A stretch of DNA of 64,000 bases, taken from positions 512,001-576,000 of the forward strand of contig CBDDFZ010000001.1 of the NCBI GenBank assembly GCA_965227515.1. The letters are read 5' to 3'. Position numbers and translations under genes: made by a program. The notes below the pieces were generated by a model. It made no database searches. It saw only the letters and a list, made by a program, of their open reading frames with translations, and was not told the DNA's origin. Of this stretch, positions 1-8,149 are shown one piece after another; position 1 is the stretch's first letter; each line of letters begins with the position of its first letter. The DNA is from Alphaproteobacteria bacterium (lineage in GTDB: Bacteria > Pseudomonadota > Alphaproteobacteria > CALKHQ01).

Positions 1-444
1 GTAGGCGCCGGTCGGCTGCACGTGGGCATTCTGGCTGTCGACACCCAGATTGATGCCACCGCCCAGCGCCTCGTACTGCCAGCCGGACTGCGGGTTGCGG
101 TTCCAGTATTCGGCCGCGCCCGGATCGAACGGCACGCCGTTGACCGCGATGCCGAACTTGCCGAGCGACACATCTGTCGGCACGCCTGTCATCTGCGGGG
201 TGGCCGGCACCCTGAATGCAAAGCTCTGCGCCGAAATGGCATTCGGGTTGCCGCTGTTCGGGAACTGGCCGACGGCATGGTCGGGAATGCCATTGGACAC
301 GATGACCCGATAACCGCCATCGACCGAGATGTTGACCTGGTTGGACTGCGCGGCTGCCGGCAGCGACGCGGCGCCGAGCGCCATCAGTGCCCCAGAAAAC
401 AGATACGCGCGCGCCAACCGCCCCGCAGCTACCTTGGTCCCCAT
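1..444 (-). CDS. YHYH-domain secreted protein (partial, runs off the window start)
   Basis: Manual translation from ATG at 444: signal peptide, then SNGIPDH..GQFPNSGNPNAI..FGIAVNGVPFDP..LGVDSQNAHVQPTGAY, which normally leads into the YHYH motif. Not in the ORF track because it is truncated. Confidence 0.8.
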   Translation of the reverse strand, partial: MGTKVAAGRLARAYLFSGALMALGAASLPAAAQSNQVNISVDGGYRVIVSNGIPDHAVGQFPNSGNPNAISAQSFAFRVPATPQMTGVPTDVSLGKFGIAVNGVPFDPGAAEYWNRNPQSGWQYEALGGGINLGVDSQNAHVQPTGAY

Positions 445-545
445 GAATTCGCCTCGTCGTCGGATGCCCGGATGGCGTCCAGCCTACCACTGGCAGGCAT
501 CGCCGGCGGCGCGGCGTTGTCGCACCCCACCGCCGGATTGCGCCG

Positions 546-1640
546 TTACGCCGCTTCGATGCGCGTCCACGCCTCGTCGTAGTACTGGGTCGTCTCCTGG
601 CCAAGGAAGAGCTGCGCCTCGCTGTTCGCCAGCACCTCGTCGGACGGGAACACCGCCGGGTTTTCCAGATAGTCGGCGTCCATCAGCTCCTTCGCCGCCG
701 CATTCGCGGTGGCGTAATAGATGTACTCGGCGATGGCCGCATTCACCTCGGCATCGTGGATGAAGTTGATGAACGCGTGCGCGTTCTCGGGGTTTGGCGC
801 GCCATTGGGGATGCTCAGGCAGTCCTGCCACAGCAGCCCGCCCTCCTTCGGCACCACGTAGGAGATCTCGTCGTCCTCCTCCATCACCTGCAGGATGTCG
901 CCGTTCCATTCCATGGTCAGGTCGACCTCGCCCGACAGCAGCAGGTCCTGCCCGTTGTCTGGCGCGAAGGTCTTGATGTTGGACTTGGCGCGGATCAGCA
1001 ATTCGACCGCCTCGTCGATCTGGCTCCGGTCCTGGGTGTTCATCGAATAGCCCAGGTACTTCAGCGCCATGCCGATGACCGTGGTCGGCTCGGAGAGCAG
1101 CGCCACGCGCCCGGCGTACTGGTCGGAATCGAACAGCGCCGCCCAACTGTCCGGCACGCCATCGACCTCGGTGGTGCGATAGCCGATGCCGATGGTGCCC
1201 CACATATAGGGCAGCGAGAACTTGCGGCCGGGGTCGAAACTGGCGTCCTGGAACGCGGGCTCGATGTTGGCGATGTTCGGGATCAGGCTGTGGTCGAGCT
1301 CCTGCAGCATGTTCGCTTCCATCATCCGCTCGACGAAATCGTTGGTCGGCACGATCACGTCATAGCCGGGATTGCCCTCGCGGAAGCGCGCGAACAGCTC
1401 GGCGTTGTCGGCGAACAGATCGTAAGTGACGTCGATATCGGTGGCGTCGGTGAAGTCCGACAGCGTGCTTTCGCCGATATAGGTGTCCCAGTTGTAGACG
1501 TTCACCTCACCGGCGGCGAAGGCGCGGCGGCTGACCGCCGGCAGGGTGATGCCGATGGCGGCGACCCCCTGCAGGAAGGTGCGGCGCTTGAGCGAGAAAG
1601 GCGATGCGACGCCGCGGCGGCGGCGGTTGGGCGTCATCAT
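546..1640 (-). CDS. Polyamine ABC transporter substrate-binding protein (PotD/PotF family), Tat-type signal
   Basis: KRRTFLQG twin-arginine motif; VNVYNWDTYI, YDVIVPT, PYMWGTIGI, PKEGG motifs. Start at ATG 1640 after GGAG. Confidence 0.9.
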   Translation of the reverse strand: MMTPNRRRRGVASPFSLKRRTFLQGVAAIGITLPAVSRRAFAAGEVNVYNWDTYIGESTLSDFTDATDIDVTYDLFADNAELFARFREGNPGYDVIVPTNDFVERMMEANMLQELDHSLIPNIANIEPAFQDASFDPGRKFSLPYMWGTIGIGYRTTEVDGVPDSWAALFDSDQYAGRVALLSEPTTVIGMALKYLGYSMNTQDRSQIDEAVELLIRAKSNIKTFAPDNGQDLLLSGEVDLTMEWNGDILQVMEEDDEISYVVPKEGGLLWQDCLSIPNGAPNPENAHAFINFIHDAEVNAAIAEYIYYATANAAAKELMDADYLENPAVFPSDEVLANSEAQLFLGQETTQYYDEAWTRIEAA

Positions 1641-1781
1641 TGGTTGGTCTCCCCCACAATCGAGACGGTGAATTTGGCGGTCTTGCTTGCGCGAAGTCGG
1701 CACCAGCCCGCACCGACTATTTTCAAGTCGATGCAACACCCTGCGTGGAGGACTGTCAACGCAGCATCGCGCGCGTGGAAG

Positions 1782-3167
1782 TCAGGCCGCGTTCAGGTCC
1801 CTCGCGGTGGCGTCCAGCGCCTCGCTCAGGATCGCGATCATCTCGTCGACCTCGGCGTGGCCGATCGTCAGCGGCGGTGCGAACAGCATGCTGTCGCGGG
1901 TGGCCCGCATGATCAGTCCGCTTGCGGTGCAGTGGTCGCGGCAGGTCTCCCCGGCCAGGCCGCGCGGGTCGAAAAAGCGCCGCGTGGCCTTGTCGGCGAC
2001 CAGTTCCACCGCACCGATCATGCCCTGGTGACGGATTTCGCCGACCAGTGGGTGATCGACCAGCGGCCGCAGTTTTTCGGCCAGATAGGGGCCGATGTCG
2101 TCGCGCACCCGGTCGACCAGCCCCTCGTCGCGCAAGATGCGCAGATTGGCCAGCGCGACCGCGCACGCCGCCGGATGGCCGGAATAGGTGAAGCCGTGGG
2201 CGAACTCGCCGCCGGCCGCGAACAGCCGGTCGCCGACCCGCGGCCCGACGCCGACCGCCGAGATCGGCAGGTAGCCCGACGACAGCCCCTTGGCCATGGT
2301 CATGATATCCGGCGCGATGTCGAAGGTGTCGCAACCGAACCAGTTGCCGGTTCGCCCGAAGCCGCAGATCACCTCGTCGGCGATCAGCAGGATGTCGTGC
2401 GCGCGGCAGATGCGCTGGATTTCCGGCCAATAGGTGGCGGGCGGCACGATCACGCCGCCGGCGCCCATGATGGGTTCGCCGATGAACGCGGCGACGTGCT
2501 GCGGGCCGATATCGCGGATGCGCTGCTCCACCCAGCCCGCCGCGCGCAGGCCGAAGTCCTCGGGACCGAGGTCGCCGCCGAGTTCGTACCAGTAGGGCGG
2601 ATCGACATGGGTGAAACCCGGCAGCGGCAGGCCGTCCAATTCGTGCATCGCGGCCATGCCGCCCATGCTGGCGCTGGCCATGGTCGAGCCGTGATAACCC
2701 CAGTAGCGCCCGATGAAGACGGTCTTTTCCGGCTTGCCCTCGGCGCGCCAGTAATGACGCACCATGCGCGCGATGGTGTCGTTCGCCTCCGAGCCGGAGT
2801 TGGCGAAGAAGAACCGGTCGATCCCCTGCGGGGTCAGGACCGACAGCGCCGCCGACAGCTCGGCCGCCGGCGGATGCGTGGTCTTGAAGAAGGTGTTGTA
2901 GTAGGGCAGCTCCAGGAGCTGGCGATAGGCGGCCTCGGCCAGTTCCTTGCGCCCGTAGCCGACATTGACGCACCACAGCCCGGCCATGGCGTCCAGGTAC
3001 CGCCGGCCGTCGGCATCCCAGATATAGACCCCATCGGCGCCGGTGATCACCCGGCTGCCCTGCGCCGCCAGCGACGCGAACTCGGTGAACGGGTGCAGGT
3101 GGTGCGCGGCATCGTGGGTCTGCAAGTCGCTGAACCCCGCCGGCGGGGCGGTCGTGGTCGTCGTCAT
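1782..3167 (-). CDS. Class III PLP aminotransferase (putrescine-pyruvate/omega-amino acid, SpuC-like)
   Basis: HHLHPFT, LDAMAGLWCVNVGYG, NSGSEANDT, YHGST, DEVICGFGRTG, AKGLSSGY, HGFTYSGHP; next to the polyamine-binding protein gene. Confidence 0.9.
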   Translation of the reverse strand: MTTTTTAPPAGFSDLQTHDAAHHLHPFTEFASLAAQGSRVITGADGVYIWDADGRRYLDAMAGLWCVNVGYGRKELAEAAYRQLLELPYYNTFFKTTHPPAAELSAALSVLTPQGIDRFFFANSGSEANDTIARMVRHYWRAEGKPEKTVFIGRYWGYHGSTMASASMGGMAAMHELDGLPLPGFTHVDPPYWYELGGDLGPEDFGLRAAGWVEQRIRDIGPQHVAAFIGEPIMGAGGVIVPPATYWPEIQRICRAHDILLIADEVICGFGRTGNWFGCDTFDIAPDIMTMAKGLSSGYLPISAVGVGPRVGDRLFAAGGEFAHGFTYSGHPAACAVALANLRILRDEGLVDRVRDDIGPYLAEKLRPLVDHPLVGEIRHQGMIGAVELVADKATRRFFDPRGLAGETCRDHCTASGLIMRATRDSMLFAPPLTIGHAEVDEMIAILSEALDATARDLNAA

Positions 3168-3170
3168 CTA

Positions 3171-3991
3171 GGGCCTGTTGAGATTCATCGCGAGTTTATG
3201 ACAGCTGCTGCGAGATGGATGATGGCGTTGAAGCTTGTGTCGGTTTTGTCTGCACGCATGGCGATTCGCTTGAACTCTTTGAGTTTGCAGAAGAAGTTTT
3301 CGATCAGATGACGCCATTTGTACATCTCGGCGTCGATTTGCAGCGGGCTGGCGCGGCGCGGATGCTGGGATATGACGATCTTGGCACCGCGCTCGTTGAG
3401 GTCAGCAACGATGGCGCTGGTGTCGAACGCTTTGTCCGCGATCATCGCCTTGAAGGAGAGTCCGTCGATGAGCGGCGGCACGCCAACCGTATCGTAGCGA
3501 TGGCCGGGCAGGAGCACGAAACGCACCAGATTGCCAAGCGCATCACACAGCGCGAGGATCTTCGTCGTCATCCCGCCCTTGGAGCGGCCGATGGCCTGGC
3601 TTTGAGTCCCCCTTTTGCGCCCTGGCCGTGGCGGTGCACCTTGACAATGGTGGCATCAACCATGGCGTATTCCATGTCCGGCTCGTCCAAGCAGGCCTCG
3701 AACAGCCGCACGAAGACGTCTGCTTTGACCCAGTCGCGGTATCGCTTAAAGACCGTGTTCCAAGGGCCAAAAGATGTCGGGAGATCACGCCACGGGCTGC
3801 CCGTACGCACCACCCACAGCACGGCTTCGACAAAGCGCCGGTTGTCAGCGCCACTGCGGCCCGGATCGCTCGGCTTGCCCAAGCAATGGGGTTCCATCTT
3901 CGCCCATTGGGCGTCACTCAGTACGAATCGTTCCATCCGAAGCTTGAATCACAACCAAGCACGGAGAGGAATCCTGAATCTCAACAGGCCT
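3171..3991 (-). mobile_element. IS5-family insertion sequence (IS427-like), about 820 bp, TA target duplication
   Basis: Inverted repeats GGCCTGTTGAGATTCA (3172-3187) and TGAATCTCAACAGGCC (3975-3990); TA at 3169-3170 and 3992-3993; lower GC than flanks. Confidence 0.92.
3185..3936 (-). CDS. IS5-family transposase in two overlapping frames (orfA 3568-3936, orfB 3185-about 3610), joined by programmed frameshift
   Basis: orfA LSDAQW..RTGSPWRDLP..FGPWNTVFKRY..VDAT; orfB GRSKGGMTTKI, ADKAFD, YKWRHLIENFFCKLKEFKRIAMR. Slippery AAAAGGGGG on the minus strand at 3616-3608. Confidence 0.88.
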
Positions 3992-4264
3992 TAGAGCGTA
4001 TTCAATGTAATCGTGATCAATTCTGTTTCCTGTCCGGCGAGGCAGTCCGGCAGGAGCGGTCCGCAGCGCGATGCCGAAGCATCGGGCAAGGATCGCGACG
4101 CAGCGGATGCCCGCCGGGTGGAAACCCATGTGGGCCGGGCGCCGTTGGCCGGAGGCCGCGTCGCTCGTCCTCGAATATGCTTCGGCATGTCCTTCGTCCT
4201 CGCTCCTAACCTCCGGCCAATGGCGCTCCGGCAGAATGACCTCGATTGCACTGAACACGCTCTA
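3992..4264. mobile_element. MITE-like non-coding element with terminal inverted repeats, (C)TAG-bounded
   Basis: TAGAGCGTATTCAATGTAATCG (3992-4013) against the reverse complement of 4243-4264, TAGAGCGTGTTCAGTGCAATCG (19/22). Internal inverted segments 4139-4155 / 4210-4226 and ATGCCGAAGCAT hairpins. Confidence 0.75.
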
Positions 4265-4336
4265 GGCGTGATCCGTGGCTGAAGGGGCGCGTGCTGTGCA
4301 ACGCCGCGCAGCAGATTATCCACTATTGGCGGCACC

Positions 4337-5704
4337 TCATAGCGGCAGGCGCACCACCGCGCGCAGGCCCCCGGCGGGCGAGGTGTGCAGGGTCAGGTCG
4401 CCGCCATGGCCGCGCACGACGTCGCGGGCGATGGTCAAGCCCAGCCCAACGCCGCCGGTGGACGGATTGCGCGACGGGTCGAGCCGGTGGAACGGGCGGA
4501 ACACATCCTCGCGGTCGGCCTCGTCGATGCCGGGGCCGTCGTCGTCGATGGTGATCTCCACCGCTTTGCCGCGCCGTGCCGCGGTCACCGATACCTTCTC
4601 GGCATAGCGCAGCGCGTTCGACAGCAGATTGCCGATGCAGCGCCGGAATGCGTTCGGGCGGATCACCAGCCGGCTCTTGGTCGTGCCGGAGAAGCTGACC
4701 TCGCCGCCCTGCCGGCGCGCGCCCGCCACCAGGTCCTCCAGCAACGGGTCGATGTCGGTCTCCACCGCCGGTTCCTCGCCCTCGCCGCGCGCGAAAGCCA
4801 GATACCCCTCGATCATGCTTTCCATCTCGCCGATGTCGCGCCTCAAATCGTCGACATCGGGGCCGTCGCCCAGCATGGCCAGTTGCAGGCGCATGCGGGT
4901 GAGCGGCGTCTTCAGGTCGTGGCTGACTCCGGCCAGCATCTCGGTGCGCTGCTGCATCTGGCGCTGGATGCGGTCGCGCATCAGCCCGAAGGCGCGTGCC
5001 GCCTGGCGCACTTCCGACGCGCCCTGGGGCCTGAACTCGCCCACCTGCTGGCCCTTGCCGAACCGGTCGACCGCGCGGGCGAGCCGGCGGATCGGCCTGA
5101 TCTGGTTGCGCATGAAGATGATGGCGATGGTGAACAGGATGATCGAGGTACCGACCATCCAGATCACGAAGACATAGGTGGTGAAGCTGAACAGGCGCTC
5201 GCGCGGGGCGATCACCTGCAAGACGCCGTTCTCGAGCTGGATCCTGATCTCGACCTGCCGGTCGCCGTAATCGGCATCGACGGTGAACGGCCGCTCGATC
5301 CGCGCGACGATCTCCTCGGCAAGCTTGGTGCTGAGGGTGTCGCGCCCCGGCTCCGGCAGCGGGTCCGGCAGCACCTCGCCCTCGTGCATGCGGAACTGCA
5401 AGCCCAGCCGGCGCATGGCGTAGAACGCGGCCAGGCTCTCCGAATCCGTGGCGTCCAGCCGGTCGCGGATGTCGATCACCAGGGCGATCTCGGCGACCAC
5501 GGCACCGGCCAGCCGGCGCGCGATCAGGTCCCAGTGGTTTTCGTAGAAGATGAAGGCCAACCAGACCTGCAACAGCACCGCCGGGGTGACGATGATCATC
5601 AGCGCCCGGCCGAGCAGGCTCTTCGGCAGCACCGCCTTGACGCGCTGGCGGATGTTCATGCGCCGCGGCCCGGATCCGGCGCGCGTATTTGGGATCGCGA
5701 CCAC
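4337..5704 (-). CDS. envZ: EnvZ-like sensor histidine kinase
   Basis: Two TM helices, HAMP, H-box GVSHDLKTPLTR, N-box NLLSNA, DDGPG, GLGL; coupled to ompR. Start is GTG 5704 or ATG 5659. Confidence 0.85.
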   Translation of the reverse strand: MVAIPNTRAGSGPRRMNIRQRVKAVLPKSLLGRALMIIVTPAVLLQVWLAFIFYENHWDLIARRLAGAVVAEIALVIDIRDRLDATDSESLAAFYAMRRLGLQFRMHEGEVLPDPLPEPGRDTLSTKLAEEIVARIERPFTVDADYGDRQVEIRIQLENGVLQVIAPRERLFSFTTYVFVIWMVGTSIILFTIAIIFMRNQIRPIRRLARAVDRFGKGQQVGEFRPQGASEVRQAARAFGLMRDRIQRQMQQRTEMLAGVSHDLKTPLTRMRLQLAMLGDGPDVDDLRRDIGEMESMIEGYLAFARGEGEEPAVETDIDPLLEDLVAGARRQGGEVSFSGTTKSRLVIRPNAFRRCIGNLLSNALRYAEKVSVTAARRGKAVEITIDDDGPGIDEADREDVFRPFHRLDPSRNPSTGGVGLGLTIARDVVRGHGGDLTLHTSPAGGLRAVVRLPL

Positions 5705-6415
5705 CTAATCCGGCACCAGCACGTAGCCGATGCCCCGCACGGTCTGGATGTAGCGCGGCTGGCGGGGGTCCGGCTCGATCTTGCGCCTGAGCCGCGTGAT
5801 CTGCACATCCACGGCGCGCGCAGTCCCGGTGTCGCTGTCGTCGATCAGGTCGTCGCGCGACACCGGACGGTTGGCGGAGGCGGCCAGCACCCGCAGCAGG
5901 CCGACTTCGCCCGAGGTGAGGCGCACCGGCGCGTCGCCATCGGTCAGCCGGCCGGACACCGGCTCGAACACCACCTTGCCGAAGCTTATCGGCGGCACCT
6001 CCTCCACCACGGGCACCGCCTTGGCCCGGCGCAGGATGCTCTGGATCCGCAACAGCAGCTCACGCGGCTCGAACGGCTTGGCCAGATAGTCGTCGGCGCC
6101 ATGCTCCAGGCCGGTGATCCGATCCTCCGGCTCGCCACGCGCGGTCAGCAACAGGATCGGCACGTCGTTGGTGCGGCGCAGCTCGCGCGTCCAGTCCAGG
6201 CCCGACTGGCCCGGCATCATGATGTCGAGGACCAGCGCGTCGAAATCGAACAGGCCCATCTGGTGCTTGGCCTGCCGGGTGTCGGCGGCCACGGTCACCC
6301 GAAAGCCGGTTTCGGCCAGATAGCGCTGCAGCAGCCGGCGCAGGCGCTCGTCGTCGTCGACCACCAGTACATGCGGTGCCTCGTCATCGACCGGTCCTGG
6401 CGCGGATGCCGACAT
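5705..6415 (-). CDS. ompR: OmpR/PetR-family response regulator
   Basis: VLVVDDD, LDIMMPG, GADDYLAKPF, RAVDVQITRLRRKIEPDP, TVRGIGY. Confidence 0.9.
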   Translation of the reverse strand: MSASAPGPVDDEAPHVLVVDDDERLRRLLQRYLAETGFRVTVAADTRQAKHQMGLFDFDALVLDIMMPGQSGLDWTRELRRTNDVPILLLTARGEPEDRITGLEHGADDYLAKPFEPRELLLRIQSILRRAKAVPVVEEVPPISFGKVVFEPVSGRLTDGDAPVRLTSGEVGLLRVLAASANRPVSRDDLIDDSDTGTARAVDVQITRLRRKIEPDPRQPRYIQTVRGIGYVLVPD

Positions 6416-6430
6416 CTTCCGGACGCCGCG

Positions 6431-6937
6431 CTACTTGCGGTCCGGCCGCGGCCGCGGCGCCGGCAACGGCATGTCCCTGTTATGCTCGTCCATGATGCCG
6501 GACATCACCTTCTTGAACCCCTCCACCGCCTCGGCGCCGGCCTCGCGATAGGCCCGCGCCACCCGGGCGCGCTGGTTGGCGGTCAGCTCGTGTTCGAGTT
6601 GATGGCCCTTGTCAGTGAGATAGAGCAGGCGCTGGCGCCTGTCTTCCACCCCGGTCACCTGCTCGATGTAGCCGTCCTGCACCAGGCGGCTGAGCACCCG
6701 CGACAGGCTCTGCTTGGTGATCTTCAGCACGCCGAGCAGGTCGCTGACCGTCAGCCCCGCCGACCGGCCGACGAAGTAGATCACCCGGTGATGCGCCCGC
6801 CCAAGGTTGCGCTTGGCCAGGATGGTGTCCGGCTCGCCGGTGAAATCGCGATAGGCATAAAACAGCAGCTCGATGCCCAACCGCAGCTCCTGGTCGCGCA
6901 GGAACAGCGGATTGGGCGGAATTTTTATGTCAGCCAT
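6431..6937 (-). CDS. petP: MarR-family regulator (PetP-like)
   Basis: IELLFYAYRDFT..GRAHHRVIYFV..LKITKQSLSRVL..DRRQRLLYLT; conserved position before ompR and divergent from ilvE. Confidence 0.82.
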   Translation of the reverse strand: MADIKIPPNPLFLRDQELRLGIELLFYAYRDFTGEPDTILAKRNLGRAHHRVIYFVGRSAGLTVSDLLGVLKITKQSLSRVLSRLVQDGYIEQVTGVEDRRQRLLYLTDKGHQLEHELTANQRARVARAYREAGAEAVEGFKKVMSGIMDEHNRDMPLPAPRPRPDRK

Positions 6938-7081
6938 GTTGACATATCTTTTTTCGGATGTTACGCATGATACCTACAGACGGAAACGAAGTTGCGTCAC
7001 AGGGCCGCTGGGCGGACATTCATTGCGGCAGGCGCGTTTCGAGGCTCCACGGGCAACTCCTTTCAGTGGGAACGACAACCA

Positions 7082-7993
7082 ATGGCTCTCATCCCTTTCG
7101 ACGACCGCGATGGCAAAATCTGGTTCAATGGCGAGTTTATCGACTGGCGGGACGCGAGGGTACACGTTCTGAGCCACGCCTTGCACTATGCGAGTGCGGT
7201 GTTCGAGGGCGAGCGGGTCTATGGCGGTGACGTCTTCAAGCTGACCGAGCATTCCGAGCGCCTGATTTTCTCCGGCAAGGTTCTGGATTTCGACATTCCG
7301 TACTCGGTCGAAGAGCTGGACACGGCGACGATGGAAACGTGCCGCGTGAACAGCATCGGCGACGGCTATGTGCGGCCGATCGCGTGGCGCGGCAGCGAGA
7401 TGATGGGGGTTTCGGCGCAGAACACCCGCATCAACGTCGCCATCGCCACCTGGCAGTGGCCGGCCTATTTCACGCCGGAAGCACGGTTGCAGGGCATTCG
7501 CATGGCTTTCGCCAAGTACCGCCGCCCGGCGCCCGAGACGGCACCGGTGCACGCCAAGGCGGCCGGTCTCTACATGATCTGCACGCTGTCGAAGCACGAG
7601 GCGGAGCGCAACGGCTACAACGATGCGCTGATGCTGGACTGGCGCGGCCAGATCGCCGAGGCCACCGGCGCCAACATCTTCCTGGTGCAGGACGGCGTGC
7701 TGCACACGCCCAAGCCGGACTGTTTCCTGGACGGCATCACCCGCCGCACCGCCATCGATCTGGCCAAGGCACGCGGCTATGAGGTGGTCGAGCGCGCAAT
7801 CATGCCCGACGAGCTGGCCCGCACCGACGAGGTGTTCATCACCGGCACCGCCGTGGAAGTGACGCCGGTGCGCGAGATCGGGCCCTATCAGTTCAAGGTC
7901 GGCGACGTCTGCCGCACCCTGGTCGAGGACTTCGACAACATGGTGCAGCGCCGTGACGCCAATGCCGCGGCCGCCCAGGCAGTGGCAGTCTAG
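7082..7993 (+). CDS. ilvE: Branched-chain amino acid aminotransferase
   Basis: PFDDRDGKIW, HALHYASAVFEG, AKAAGLY, EATGANIF, LDGITR, TGTAVE. Confidence 0.93.
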   Translation: MALIPFDDRDGKIWFNGEFIDWRDARVHVLSHALHYASAVFEGERVYGGDVFKLTEHSERLIFSGKVLDFDIPYSVEELDTATMETCRVNSIGDGYVRPIAWRGSEMMGVSAQNTRINVAIATWQWPAYFTPEARLQGIRMAFAKYRRPAPETAPVHAKAAGLYMICTLSKHEAERNGYNDALMLDWRGQIAEATGANIFLVQDGVLHTPKPDCFLDGITRRTAIDLAKARGYEVVERAIMPDELARTDEVFITGTAVEVTPVREIGPYQFKVGDVCRTLVEDFDNMVQRRDANAAAAQAVAV

Positions 7994-8149
7994 CGCCAAT
8001 CTACTGATTTCGTTCGATGTTCCCAGGGCGGCGCCGATGCGCCGCCCTCTTGCGTTTGTGCTGCCGCAACTCCGCCGTATTGTGCCGCTGGACTGCCGGC
8101 CCATTCAACGGGGCCAGTCCCCCGATCCCCCCGCCCGAAGGAGCGCGCG

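Noticed and set aside
3185-3936. Split transposase as a pseudogene
   Set aside because: Two frames with an A4G5 slippery site and intact IRs are the normal organisation of this IS5 subgroup.
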